Assembly (NCBI GenBank): GCA_035465395.1
Contig: DATHRK010000015.1
Coordinates: 7,916-71,915 of the forward strand
Reading direction: 5' to 3'
Source of the DNA: Longimicrobiales bacterium
Lineage (GTDB): Bacteria > Gemmatimonadota > Gemmatimonadetes > Longimicrobiales > RSA9
Length of the DNA stretch: 64,000 nt
Shown here: positions 10,059 through 19,501 of the stretch, one piece after another
How positions within the stretch are numbered: position 1 is the first letter of the stretch
Layout: every line of letters begins with the position of its first letter
Position numbers and translations under genes: made by a program
The notes under the pieces: generated by a model
Told to the model about the DNA's origin: nothing
Seen by the model: the letters and a program-made list of their open reading frames with translations, nothing else
Databases searched by the model: none

Positions 10059-11060
10059 TCAGCCCGCCGGCTGCGCGAGTTGCGCCATACGGCGGCGTAC
10101 CGACGCACCCCAAGCGGGCGCTCCCAGCCGTGAGAACAGCGCTTCCGCCTCGCTTCGGAGAGCGTCCGCCCGCTCCGGCTCCAGTACGGCGATGGCCTCC
10201 AGCGTCTCGGCCTCCAGCAGCGCGGAGCCTACCTCCCGGGCGAGACGCAGGGCCTCCTCCATCGGCTCCCGGGCCTCGGCTCGCCGCCCATCGACGAGTC
10301 GCCCGAGGCCGATGACGCGGAGGCATTCCGCGACGCCCGCGAGGTCGCCGACTCTCGCCATCCGGGCGCGCGCCCGCTCCGCGGTGGCCTCAGCCAGGGC
10401 GCCGTCTCCCCGCAGCAGGAAGAGCACCGCGCGCTCTTCGGCGGCGCGTGCGATCACGTCCTCGTCCACACCGGGCCGCGCTCCACGCGTGGCGGCGCGG
10501 AAATGCTCGTCAGCCTCCCGCAGCAGCCCGCGTTCCCGGTAGGCGATCCCCAGGTTCTGGTGCGTCAGGGCGATGCCACGGGCCTCGCCCAGGCGCTCGT
10601 ACGCCGCGAGCGCGCGGGCGTGGTGCGCGAGGGCCTCCTCCGAGCGATCCGACAGGGTCGCCACGACGCCGAGATTGTTCGCGGCGTGGGCGACCATGCT
10701 GTGCTCGTCCAGCGCGAGCGCCTGCGCGAGGACATCCTTCCAGAGCTCGTTCGCCTCGGCGACCCGCCCCAGGTCGAACAGGGCCATCGCTTCCAGGTTC
10801 GCTCGTCGCATCGACAGCGGCGGATCGCCGGCCCCACGGCACGGTTCGGCCAGGTCGCGCGCGAGCGCGAGCGCCCGCTCCACCTCTCCGAGCCGGCGCA
10901 GCGCATAGGCCAACTCGAAGCCCAGGCCAGGCTCGTCGTGCAGCAACGTGGCAGGCTGCGAGGCGACCAGCGTGCGGATACCCTCGAAGTCGCCGACGTG
11001 GCGGCATTTCGCAACCGCCTCGACGAGCTCGCGTCGCGCGGTGTCGTCGCCGGGGGCCAT
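10059..11060 (-). CDS. TPR-repeat protein
   Basis: Repeated A..y.....G....A TPR-like helices (e.g. NLGIAYRERGLLREADEHFRAA, LTHQNLG). ATG at 11060 lies just after the upstream gene's stop at 11077. Confidence 0.6.
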   Translation of the reverse strand: MAPGDDTARRELVEAVAKCRHVGDFEGIRTLVASQPATLLHDEPGLGFELAYALRRLGEVERALALARDLAEPCRGAGDPPLSMRRANLEAMALFDLGRVAEANELWKDVLAQALALDEHSMVAHAANNLGVVATLSDRSEEALAHHARALAAYERLGEARGIALTHQNLGIAYRERGLLREADEHFRAATRGARPGVDEDVIARAAEERAVLFLLRGDGALAEATAERARARMARVGDLAGVAECLRVIGLGRLVDGRRAEAREPMEEALRLAREVGSALLEAETLEAIAVLEPERADALRSEAEALFSRLGAPAWGASVRRRMAQLAQPAG

Positions 11061-11076
11061 CACGGGGCGGCGATGG

Positions 11077-11697
11077 TCAGCCGGCGAGCACGAACCCCGT
11101 GAAGCCGGTGATCTCGGCGCGCATCTCGTCGAGATCCTCGAGCTTGAGGGTTCCGGCGCGGATCCAGGGATCGCCGGGCCGCTCCTGGCGCCACAGGTCC
11201 AGACGACCCTCGAATTCGGCGTCGGCTTCATCGGCCGTGCCGGATCCGTCGAGGTCGCCGCGGGTGGACCCGTAATCGATATCGAGGCGGGCCGGACGGT
11301 CGGGGTCGAACGTCAGCCCGGACGGTTCGAAGTCGAAGAGGAAGAATCGCTCGTCGAAGCGCAGGACGACCTCGATCGAATCGCCGTCGGCGAACGCGGA
11401 CCCGTCGGGACGACGAAGAAGGGACTCGGCGTCGACCTCGAACCGCAGGAAATCCTCCGGCTCGCCCCCGTCGACCGAGACGTCCAGCTCGAGGCGCCGA
11501 TCCTCCCCCCGAACGGCCCACAGCCGCAGTTCGGCCGGGAGCTGCGCGGCCACGCCGGCCGGCAACGGCATGAACTGCAGCTGCGACGTGGACACGGTAT
11601 CCGGCAGCTCCTGGTTCGTCGGTGACACGCCGTCGTCGCACGCCGCCGCCATCGCCACGGATCCGATCAGGATCGCCCCTGCCATCGATCGCACCAT
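11077..11697 (-). CDS. Acidic hypothetical lipoprotein
   Basis: Signal peptide plus lipobox MVRSMAGAILIGSVAMAAAC. G/C-rich third positions. No known domain recognised. Confidence 0.55.
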   Translation of the reverse strand: MVRSMAGAILIGSVAMAAACDDGVSPTNQELPDTVSTSQLQFMPLPAGVAAQLPAELRLWAVRGEDRRLELDVSVDGGEPEDFLRFEVDAESLLRRPDGSAFADGDSIEVVLRFDERFFLFDFEPSGLTFDPDRPARLDIDYGSTRGDLDGSGTADEADAEFEGRLDLWRQERPGDPWIRAGTLKLEDLDEMRAEITGFTGFVLAG

Positions 11698-11780
11698 CGC
11701 TCTATCGCCCTTGCATGGAGTTTCCGCGAGACGGGAGAACGGCTCGGCGCCGTCGCAGCTCGCCGCCACCGAGGTGCACG

Positions 11781-11797
11781 GGGCACGCCGCGTGCCC
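11781..11797 (-). promoter_or_regulatory. 17-bp palindrome GGGCACG-N3-CGTGCCC; reads as a sigma-54 -24/-12-like element or a hairpin
   Basis: The minus strand reads GGGCACG-CGGC-GTGC, against the consensus TGGCACG-N4-TTGC. It lies between the EBP gene and the downstream lipoprotein/TPR genes. Confidence 0.25.
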
Positions 11798-11880
11798 GGC
11801 GGAAAGGCCCGAAATGCGCGGCGTCCGCCATCGTCCGCGTGCCCCGAGGCGCGACGGCTGTCGCGAATCGATACAATGTG

Positions 11881-13212
11881 TCACTCGGCGTCATCCTCTC
11901 CCAGGAGGCGGTAGAGCCGCGACCGGCTGATGCCCAGGGCTCGCGCGGCCGCGCTCTTGTTGCCTCGGTGTCGTGCCAGCGCGGCGCGCGCGGCGGCGAT
12001 CTCGATCTCCTCTATCGTCGCGGGAAACGGCAGGGGATGATCCCTCGCGGGCACCGTGGTCTCCGCGAACAGGTCGTCTTCGGTCAGCCTCGGTCCGCCC
12101 AGCACGACCCCCCGCTCCATCGCGTTTCGCAGCTCGCGCACGTTGCCAGGCCACGCGCGCCGGAGCAGGGATTCCGCGGCCTCGCGGTCCAGCTCCGGAG
12201 GCTCCAGGCCGTATTCCTCGGCGATCGTGCGCAGGAAGTGGCGCGCGAGAAGCAGCACGTCCGCGCCGCGCTGACGCAGCGGCGGAAGGTGAATGGTGAC
12301 GACGTTCAGCCGGAAGAAGAGGTCGCTGCGAAACTCTCCGGCCTCGACGGCGGTGGGCAGATCGACGTGCGTGGCGGCGATGATGCGGACGTCGACCGGC
12401 CGCGACTGGATCCCTCCCAATCGCCGGACCGAGCGTTCCTCCAGCGCCCGCAACAGCTTGGCCTGCAGGTCGACCCGCAGCTCACCGATCTCGTCCAGGA
12501 AGAGCGTCCCGCCGTGGGCGGCCTCGAACAGCCCCGGCTTCGCCGTGCGCGCGTCGGTGAACGCGCCCTTCTCGTAGCCGAACAGCTCGGCCTCGAGCAG
12601 CGTCGCCGGAAGCGCGGAGCAGTTGATCTCGACGAATGGGTTGGCGGCCCGTGCTCCGTTGTAGTGGATAGCCTGGGCGATGAGCTCCTTGCCGGTGCCC
12701 GTCTCGCCCGTCAGGAGCACCGTGGCTCGATCCGCCGGGATCGCGCGCGCGGCCCGCTCCAGGGCGTCCTTGAGTTGCTCGCTCTCGCCCAGGATCGCGC
12801 CGAAATCGTAGGAGAGACGCTCCGCGCGCGTGCGTGCGCGCACCCGCCGCGACGCCGCCTGGGCCTCGGCCTGGGCTTCGACCCACGAGACGAGACGCGC
12901 ATAGTCCTGCGGCAGCGCGAAGTACTCGTCCGCGCCGCCTCGCAGCGCGGCGACACCGGCGCGGTGACCCGGATCGGCTCCCACCACGGCCGTCGCCACG
13001 GTCGCGTCTCCCCGCGCCGCGGAGAGGTCGTCCGACACGTCGAATTCGCACCCCGCGGCGCCGACCAGGAGCGCGACCGCCTCCCCCAGCGGGCCGATCC
13101 CGGATGGCTCCGTCCCGACGCGGAGGCCCACGCCCGCGGCGCGCGCGATCCCTTCCCACTCCGCCGCGAAGGAATCCGTGAGCGTCAGTACGGCGAGCAC
13201 CGGGGGACCCAT
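11881..13212 (-). CDS. Sigma-54-dependent transcriptional activator (bEBP) with a degenerate receiver-like N-terminus
   Basis: AAA+ core [28 protein letters not shown] (GAFTDA variant of GAFTGA), RIIAATH and a Fis-type [24 protein letters not shown]. Start at 13212 (ATG); the alternative is 13362. Confidence 0.8.
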   Translation of the reverse strand: MGPPVLAVLTLTDSFAAEWEGIARAAGVGLRVGTEPSGIGPLGEAVALLVGAAGCEFDVSDDLSAARGDATVATAVVGADPGHRAGVAALRGGADEYFALPQDYARLVSWVEAQAEAQAASRRVRARTRAERLSYDFGAILGESEQLKDALERAARAIPADRATVLLTGETGTGKELIAQAIHYNGARAANPFVEINCSALPATLLEAELFGYEKGAFTDARTAKPGLFEAAHGGTLFLDEIGELRVDLQAKLLRALEERSVRRLGGIQSRPVDVRIIAATHVDLPTAVEAGEFRSDLFFRLNVVTIHLPPLRQRGADVLLLARHFLRTIAEEYGLEPPELDREAAESLLRRAWPGNVRELRNAMERGVVLGGPRLTEDDLFAETTVPARDHPLPFPATIEEIEIAAARAALARHRGNKSAAARALGISRSRLYRLLGEDDAE

Positions 13213-13484
13213 CTCGGTCGCGGCCTTTCGAGTCCTGCCGTCTTCGTCCAGTGCCCCCTCCAGTTGCGTCGCCTCCAGACACCACCCGCCGATCGATTGT
13301 AGCGAAACGGGACAAGACAGGGAACGGCGGCCACGGGTCGGTGCTCGGCCATATCCGTCCATCTGTCTGGTGTGTAACCAGTTGAGGTGCGGCACCGGCC
13401 CTCGGCCTCGCGCTTGCCTCGACTCAGCGCCGTCCGCGACCGCCGAACGGCGATTCGATGACACCGCTACGAAAGAGATGAGGA

Positions 13485-14273
13485 ATGTCAAAGCATGCGA
13501 CGGCACTCGCGCTGGCCGCCGCCCTGGGAGTCCTGGGCTGCGGGGATGACACGCTGGGCACGGGCATCGACGGGGGGGCGAACGTGGCCATCCGACTCCA
13601 GACGGCCGCTGCGGGCTCCCCGCGCGTGTCGCTGGCCGGTGGGGGAGCGGCTCTCGCCATCGCCGGAACGAACGGCACGCTCCGCATCGACGACCTGCGC
13701 CTGGTGGTGGCCGAATTCGAGCTCAAGCGGCAGGACGACGATGACTGCGACGTGCTGACGGGGCCGGCCCACGAGGCCTGCGAGAAGTTCGACGCCGGGC
13801 CGTTCTTCATCGACGTCCCGCTCGACGGAGGCGGCACGATCGTCGTCAGCACGGTGGTCGCGGCAGATACGTACCGCCGCATCGACTTCGAAGTGGAGGA
13901 CCTGGAAGACGACGGGGACGCTGCTGAAGCCGCCCGGATCGAAGCCGTGCTGGCAGAGATTCGCACCGAATTCCCGGAGTGGCCGCGCAAGGCAAGCATG
14001 CTCGCCGTCGGCGAGTTCGAGCCGGCGGACGGATCGACCGGCCGACCGTTCCGCGTGTTCTTCGAGGCCGAGATAGAGGTGGAGCGGAGCCTCGAGCCGC
14101 CGATGGTCGTGGGAGGGGACGATGCCCAGCGGACGATCTCCGTCGAGCTCGTGCCGGCGCTGTGGTTCACCCTCTCCGACGGTTCGGTGATGGACCTGTC
14201 GGCGTTCGACGGGTCGCTCCTCGAGTTCGAGGTCGAGATGGAGCGCGGCTTCACGTCCGTCGAGTTCGACTGA
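13485..14273 (+). CDS. Acidic hypothetical lipoprotein
   Basis: Lipobox ALGVLGC, ATG preceded by GAGG, G/C-rich third positions. Confidence 0.6.
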   Translation: MSKHATALALAAALGVLGCGDDTLGTGIDGGANVAIRLQTAAAGSPRVSLAGGGAALAIAGTNGTLRIDDLRLVVAEFELKRQDDDDCDVLTGPAHEACEKFDAGPFFIDVPLDGGGTIVVSTVVAADTYRRIDFEVEDLEDDGDAAEAARIEAVLAEIRTEFPEWPRKASMLAVGEFEPADGSTGRPFRVFFEAEIEVERSLEPPMVVGGDDAQRTISVELVPALWFTLSDGSVMDLSAFDGSLLEFEVEMERGFTSVEFD

Positions 14274-14315
14274 CGGCCGCGGGCGCGAGGCGGGTCCCGA
14301 CGCTCCCGGGAGAGG

Positions 14316-14334
14316 CCGGTGCTTCGGCAACCGG
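14316..14334. terminator. Hairpin with a UUCG loop between convergent genes
   Basis: CCGGTGC-TTCG-GCAACCGG (one bulged A). No U-tract follows. Confidence 0.25.
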
Positions 14335-14399
14335 AAACGGAGCGGCGGGGCCCGCGTTCGCTCAGCCGCGGTGGTCCCGGAGGCGGTGCTCGCCGCCCG

Positions 14400-15545
14400 T
14401 CAGCGGTGCGGGCGCTCTGCCAGACCGAGGCAGCCTGCGCAGATACGCCTGAAAGCCGCCGGCATGGCCAGGTTCGCCAGCGCGTCGGGGCGCACCCAGG
14501 CCGCACCCTCGGCCGGCTCGAAGGTTCGCGGCGCGCGCAACCCAAGCACCTCGTACGTGCCGACGAAATGGCTGTAGGCGTGGCGCACTCGCAGGCGCGG
14601 GACGGTTTCATCCACGGCGAGGTCCCGGGGCGCGGCGCAGGCGGCGCGCAGGGCCGCCCGGGCCGACTCGAGGGCGGCGTCCCGCGCATCCCCGTCCGAT
14701 CCAGCCCGGCCCGGAACCGTGGGGAACTCCCAGAGGCCGCCCAGGAACCCGCCCGGGGCGCGCCGACGGACCAGCATGCGCTCCGATCCCGACGCGCCGC
14801 TCCTCACGAGGCCGACCACGAACGAGCGCGCGGGGACCGGCGCGCGGGCTCGTCTCCGCGGGCGCTCTGCGACCGTGCCCCTTCGCAGGGCGAGGCACGC
14901 CTCCGCCAGCGGGCAGGCGCCGCACGCGGGGTCCCGGGGCGTGCACACGGTGGCGCCCAGGTCCATGACGGCCTGGTTGACGTCGCCGGCCCGGTCCGGC
15001 ACGAGCCAGGACCGCGCGAGCCGCTCCAGCTCCGCCGGGGCCGGCGCGGCGAGATCGTACACGCGGGCCAGCACCCGGCGTGCATTGGCGTCCACGGCGG
15101 GCTCGTTGGCGCCGAAGGCGATGCTCGCGATGGCGCCGGCCGTATAGGACCCGATGCCGGGCAGGGCGCGCAGCTCCTCCGAGGTGGAGGGCAGGGTGCC
15201 GCCGCGCTCGCGGACGAGGCGCGCGACGGCGTGAAGGCGGCGGGCGCGCGCGTAGTAGCCCAGCCCCTCCCACACCTTGAAGACGTCTTCCAGGTCGGCG
15301 TCGGCGAGCGAGGCCACGTCCGGAAACCGACGCATCCAGCGCTCGAAGTAGGGCTCCACCGTGCCCACGCGGGTCTGCTGCAGCATCACCTCGGAGACCC
15401 AGACCGCGTAGGGGTCCGGCGTCTCGCGCCGCCACGGCAGCTCGCGTCCGTTCCGGTCGTACCAGCGCAGGAGCTCACGCCCGATCGCCCGGCCGCACGC
15501 CGCACCGTCCCCGGCCGGTCCCTCCGCTTCGGTTGCCTCGTCCAC
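14400..15545 (-). CDS. mutY: A/G-specific adenine DNA glycosylase
   Basis: WYDRNGRELPWRR..PYAVWVSEVMLQQTRV, GLGYYARARRL, the 4Fe-4S Cys cluster CTPRDPACGACPLAEAC, and a C-terminal NUDIX-like domain. GTG start. Confidence 0.9.
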   Translation of the reverse strand: MDEATEAEGPAGDGAACGRAIGRELLRWYDRNGRELPWRRETPDPYAVWVSEVMLQQTRVGTVEPYFERWMRRFPDVASLADADLEDVFKVWEGLGYYARARRLHAVARLVRERGGTLPSTSEELRALPGIGSYTAGAIASIAFGANEPAVDANARRVLARVYDLAAPAPAELERLARSWLVPDRAGDVNQAVMDLGATVCTPRDPACGACPLAEACLALRRGTVAERPRRRARAPVPARSFVVGLVRSGASGSERMLVRRRAPGGFLGGLWEFPTVPGRAGSDGDARDAALESARAALRAACAAPRDLAVDETVPRLRVRHAYSHFVGTYEVLGLRAPRTFEPAEGAAWVRPDALANLAMPAAFRRICAGCLGLAERPHR

Positions 15546-15697
15546 GCCCTCCGCCTAGCGCTCGTGCGTCATCGCCTGGAACTTCGACCGCCTCCACCGC
15601 TACGATAGCGTTGTACGCCAGATCCCGCGGCGGCGCCCCCTGCCGTCGCGCCGAAGACTAGCAGGTCGCCGAAAGAGGGGAGTGCGGCCCGGCCGCC

Positions 15698-16987
15698 ATG
15701 CGATTCACGACCTACTCGAAGTACAAGGGCGGCTTCCTCGAGGCGCTCAACCTGGAGGCTCTCCTCGAGCGGCTCGCCGATTTCCTGCTCCAGAGCGGCT
15801 TTGCGGGCGGGCCCCGGTACCACCCTTGGTGGGGCTGGACCGGGGACGACCCGGACCAATCCGTCGACGGGCTGAAGCAGCGCCTGCTCGACGCGCTGAT
15901 CGAGACCGGCCAGCTCACCCCCGAGATGCTCGCCGAGCTCCGGGGCCAGGGCGGCGACGAGGCGGCCCGCGAGGCGCTCGCGCAGATGCTCGACGACCTG
16001 GTGGAGCGCCTCGCCGAGGAGGGCTACCTCGAGCTGGGCGGCGGCAACGCGCCGTCGCTGCCGTCGGCCTTCCAGGACATGGAGGCGCCGGGGCACGTCG
16101 ACGAGGCCGCGCGCGCAGCGCGCCAGGTCGAGTTCTCGCTCACCGCGAAGGGCCTCGACTTCCTGGCGTACCGGACCCTGCGAGAGATCATCTCCGCGCT
16201 CGGCCGTTCGACCCGGGGCAGCCACGACACGCCGCACCTGGACACCGGCGTGGAGGCCGGCGCCGCGTCGCGTCTCTACGCCTTCGGCGACGCGCTCAAC
16301 CTGGACATTCCCGCGACCCTCGGGAACGCCATCCGGCGTTCGGGACCCGGCCTGCCGCTGGAGCTCGACTATCCGGACCTGATGGTGCACCAGGCGGAGT
16401 ACCGCAGCTCGTGCGCGACCGTCCTGATGCTGGACGTGTCGCACTCGATGATCCTCTACGGGGAGGACCGCTTCACGCCCGCCAAGAAGGTGGCGCTGGC
16501 GCTGTCCCACCTGATACGGACCCAGTTCCCCGGGGACAGCCTGCGGGTGATCACGTTCGGCGACCGGGCCGAGGAGATCCCGCTGGCGGCCGTGGGACGG
16601 GCGCAGGTCGGCCCCTACCACACCAACACGGCCGAGGGGCTGCAACTGGCACGCAGGCTGCTCCGCGCGCAGTCCAAGGACATGCGCCAGATCATCATGG
16701 TCACGGACGGCAAGCCGTCCGCGATCACCCTGCCGGGCGGCCGCGTCTACAAAAACCCCGCGGGGCTGGATCCGCGGGTGCTCCACGAAACGTTTCGCGA
16801 GGTGGCGGCCTGCAGGAAGTCGAACATCGTCATCAACACCTTCATGCTGGCCCGCGACCCGGCGCTGGTGGCGTTCGTCAGCCGGGTGTGCGAGATGGCG
16901 CGCGGGCGGGCCTACTTCACCAGCACGATGTCGCTGGGCCAGTACCTCATGCGAGACTTCCTGCGCGGCAAGACCCGTCGGGGTTGA
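15698..16987 (+). CDS. VWA-domain protein (likely partner type for ChlI/MoxR-like ATPases)
   Basis: MIDAS motif LMLDVSHSM, IIMVTDGKPSA, and an N-terminal helical domain. Confidence 0.75.
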   Translation: MRFTTYSKYKGGFLEALNLEALLERLADFLLQSGFAGGPRYHPWWGWTGDDPDQSVDGLKQRLLDALIETGQLTPEMLAELRGQGGDEAAREALAQMLDDLVERLAEEGYLELGGGNAPSLPSAFQDMEAPGHVDEAARAARQVEFSLTAKGLDFLAYRTLREIISALGRSTRGSHDTPHLDTGVEAGAASRLYAFGDALNLDIPATLGNAIRRSGPGLPLELDYPDLMVHQAEYRSSCATVLMLDVSHSMILYGEDRFTPAKKVALALSHLIRTQFPGDSLRVITFGDRAEEIPLAAVGRAQVGPYHTNTAEGLQLARRLLRAQSKDMRQIIMVTDGKPSAITLPGGRVYKNPAGLDPRVLHETFREVAACRKSNIVINTFMLARDPALVAFVSRVCEMARGRAYFTSTMSLGQYLMRDFLRGKTRRG

Positions 16988-17073
16988 GCGGGCCGTCCGC
17001 GCCGTCATCGTCCGCGCACGCCCCTTGCAGAACCCTCCCTTCGAGCCCACGTCACCCGCACACGGAGACCACC

Positions 17074-17544
17074 ATGGGAATCTTCGATTTCCTGAAGGAT
17101 GTCGGCGAGAAGCTCACCGGGCGCGACGACGAGCGGAACGAAGCGGCCGAGGAGGCCGCAATGGAGGGCGCGATCGTGCGCCACGTGAAGCAGCTCGGGC
17201 TCGAGCCGGATGCCTTCCGCGTAGACTTCGATGACGGCACGGCGACGCTCCACGGCACCGTCGCGACGCAGGCGGCGAAGGAGCGGATCATCCTGGCGGC
17301 CGGCAACGTGAACGGCGTGTCCCGCGTGGACGACCGTCTGATGGTCAAGGCGCCGGCCCCGGAGGCTACGTTCTACACGGTGAAGTCGGGAGACACGCTG
17401 TCCAAGATCGCGCGCGAGCACTACGGCGACGCGGGCCGCTACCCGGAGATCTTCGAGGCCAACAAGCCCATGCTGAAGGACCCCGACAAGATCTATCCCG
17501 GCCAGGTCCTGCGCATTCCCGTGACCGCGTCGGCGGACGCCTGA
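17074..17544 (+). CDS. BON + LysM domain protein (Kbp/YgaU-like)
   Basis: Begins MGIFDFLKDVGEKL. BON region GTVATQAAKERIILAAGNVNGVSRVDDRL. LysM region YTVKSGDTLSKIAREHYGDAGRYPEIFEANKPMLKDPDKIYPGQVLRIP. Confidence 0.85.
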   Translation: MGIFDFLKDVGEKLTGRDDERNEAAEEAAMEGAIVRHVKQLGLEPDAFRVDFDDGTATLHGTVATQAAKERIILAAGNVNGVSRVDDRLMVKAPAPEATFYTVKSGDTLSKIAREHYGDAGRYPEIFEANKPMLKDPDKIYPGQVLRIPVTASADA

Positions 17545-17753
17545 GCCGACCCAGCGAACCGTGGACCGCCCCTTCGACTCAGCCTCGAAACGTTTGATTT
17601 CGGCAGAGGGCAGGGGCATCTTCCGAGGTATCCCCGCTCGGGGGGCGACGCCGCGCGTCACCCCCCGGGCGGAAGTCGTGTACGGCGCCGGGCGAGCCCG
17701 GAGGCCGACGAGGCGGGGCGGCTGTTCGCCCCGCGCCCCCGTCCGGAGCTGAC

Positions 17754-18944
17754 ATGCCTGGTTTTCGAATTCTGGCCGACCCGTGGTGGATCGCTCTCGT
17801 CTATCTCGCCATCCTGGGACACATCACGAACATTTGCGTGACCCTCTACCTGCATCGCTCCGCGACGCACGGGGGGGTTCGCTTCCATCCGGTGGTCGAG
17901 CATTTCATGCGCGCCTGGCTGTGGCTCACGACGGGCATGAACACCCGTGAATGGGTTGCCGTCCACAGGAAGCACCACGCGTTCAGCGACCGGCCGGGCG
18001 ACCCCCACTCGCCGCACGAGGAGGGGTTCTGGCAGATCGTCCTCGGAGGCGTGTGGTTCTACAAGGAGGCGATCGAGGACGAGGAGATGCTCGAGAAGTA
18101 CGGCAAGGGCACGCCCGAGGACTGGGTCGAGCAGAACGTCTACTTGCGGTACCGCTGGGCGGGCCTCTTCTCGATGATGGCTCTGGACATGTTCCTGTTC
18201 GGACCGCTGCTGGGGCTCGTGGTGTGGACTGGCATGGCGGTGTGGATCCCGATCTTCGGGCAGGTCATCAACGGCGTCGGGCACGCGCTGGGCTACCGGA
18301 ACTTCGACACCAAGGACCATAGCCGGAACATCTACCCGCTCGGCCTCTGGATCGTCGGCGAGGAGCTCCACAACAACCACCACGCCGACCCCCGCTCGGC
18401 CAAGTTCAACGCCCGCTGGTGGGAGTTCGACATCGGCTGGCTCTACATCCGCCTGCTCTCCGCCGCCAAAATGGCGGAGATCGTGTACGCGCGCTCGCTC
18501 GGCGTGCGCGAGTTCACGGCCAAGTACTACCAGAAAGCCGCCGAGCCCATCGCCGCCGGGGTCGATGCGGCGGGCGAGCGCGTGGACCGCGCGCGCGAAG
18601 ACTTCTCCGTCTGGGTGGACCGCGTGTGCGCCACCGCCCGCGCGGAGTTGGATCTCCGCGCGGCGCGCCTCGAGCAGCTCGCCCAGGAAGCGCGCGCCGA
18701 GGTCGCGCATCTGCGCGAGGAGGCAGCCGACGAGCTGGATCGCTTGCGCAGCCGCATGGAGGAGATCCGCGCCGAGGCGCTCGCAGCGTTCGAGCAGAGG
18801 CGCGCTCGCCTGGACCAGGTCAAGGCCTCCGTGCGGGCCGAGATCGACGAAGCCGTCGGGGCGGCCCGAGCCACGCTCGACGGCGTCGTCGCCGAGGCCG
18901 AGCGGCGTCTGGCCGGCGGCCGACTCGGCCGCGCCGGAGCCTGA
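17754..18944 (+). CDS. Acyl-CoA (delta-9-type) fatty acid desaturase with a C-terminal helical extension
   Basis: Histidine boxes HRSATH, HRKHH and HNNHH. GGAG lies 5 nt upstream of the ATG. About 150 residues of Ala/Arg/Glu-rich helix follow the desaturase core. Confidence 0.85.
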   Translation: MPGFRILADPWWIALVYLAILGHITNICVTLYLHRSATHGGVRFHPVVEHFMRAWLWLTTGMNTREWVAVHRKHHAFSDRPGDPHSPHEEGFWQIVLGGVWFYKEAIEDEEMLEKYGKGTPEDWVEQNVYLRYRWAGLFSMMALDMFLFGPLLGLVVWTGMAVWIPIFGQVINGVGHALGYRNFDTKDHSRNIYPLGLWIVGEELHNNHHADPRSAKFNARWWEFDIGWLYIRLLSAAKMAEIVYARSLGVREFTAKYYQKAAEPIAAGVDAAGERVDRAREDFSVWVDRVCATARAELDLRAARLEQLAQEARAEVAHLREEAADELDRLRSRMEEIRAEALAAFEQRRARLDQVKASVRAEIDEAVGAARATLDGVVAEAERRLAGGRLGRAGA

Positions 18945-18946
18945 GG

Positions 18947-19501
18947 TCAGGTCCCCTGGCCGAAGCGTGAGAGCGCCGCCGCGACGGCGAGGAGATTGAG
19001 CAGGAAGTGCACCGCGGCGGGCGCGGCCAGCGCCCGCCCGAGGCCGGCGTGCCGGAAGGCCAGATAGCTCCACGCGAGCACCAGCCCCGTGGGCACGTGG
19101 ACCAGCACGGCCGCGAGTCCGCTCTGAAAGTGCAGCGCCGCGAACAGCACCGCCGAGGCGACCGCCGCGGCGGCAGCGGAGCCTCCCACGCGCCGCACAA
19201 GCGCGATCGGGAACCACTGGAAGAGGACCGTTTCCAGGATCGGTGCCCCCACCAACGCCAGCCCCACCAGCAGTTCCACCGGGTACTGCTCGAGCAGGTC
19301 CAGCGCGGTGGTCGCATCTTCGGCGACCCCCAGCTGGACCGCCAGCCACACGGCGGGGATGCGCAGCGCGAGGGCGAGCAGCGTCATTTCCGCGACGAAG
19401 CGACCGAACCCGTACTCGCGCGTCCGATCGAGATAGCGCCCGAGGGCCGTGCCGGGGGCGATGCGCGCGGCCGGCGGCCGCGCGTCCAGGGCGCGACTCA
19501 A
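18947..19501 (-). CDS. CPBP-family (CAAX) intramembrane protease
   Basis: Motifs APILETVLFQW and FAALHF, with multiple TM helices. The start is uncertain; a TTG at 19501 would overlap the upstream stop (TTGA). Confidence 0.6.
   Translation of the reverse strand: MSRALDARPPAARIAPGTALGRYLDRTREYGFGRFVAEMTLLALALRIPAVWLAVQLGVAEDATTALDLLEQYPVELLVGLALVGAPILETVLFQWFPIALVRRVGGSAAAAAVASAVLFAALHFQSGLAAVLVHVPTGLVLAWSYLAFRHAGLGRALAAPAAVHFLLNLLAVAAALSRFGQGT

Noticed and set aside
13213-13484. Possible sigma-54 promoter (GGCAC ... TTGC) upstream of the lipoprotein gene at 13485
   Set aside because: The spacing between the GGCAC and TTGC elements is about 18 nt instead of 4-5 nt, so this is not a valid -24/-12 promoter.
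15569-17050. 493-aa minus-strand ORF, together with similar long ORFs at 46597..48309, 48755..50749, 53506..55032 and 57475..59238
   Set aside because: All are antisense to genes with strong motif support (VWA, ActF, GMC oxidoreductase, S8 peptidase, AGCS symporter). All have shadow-frame composition.
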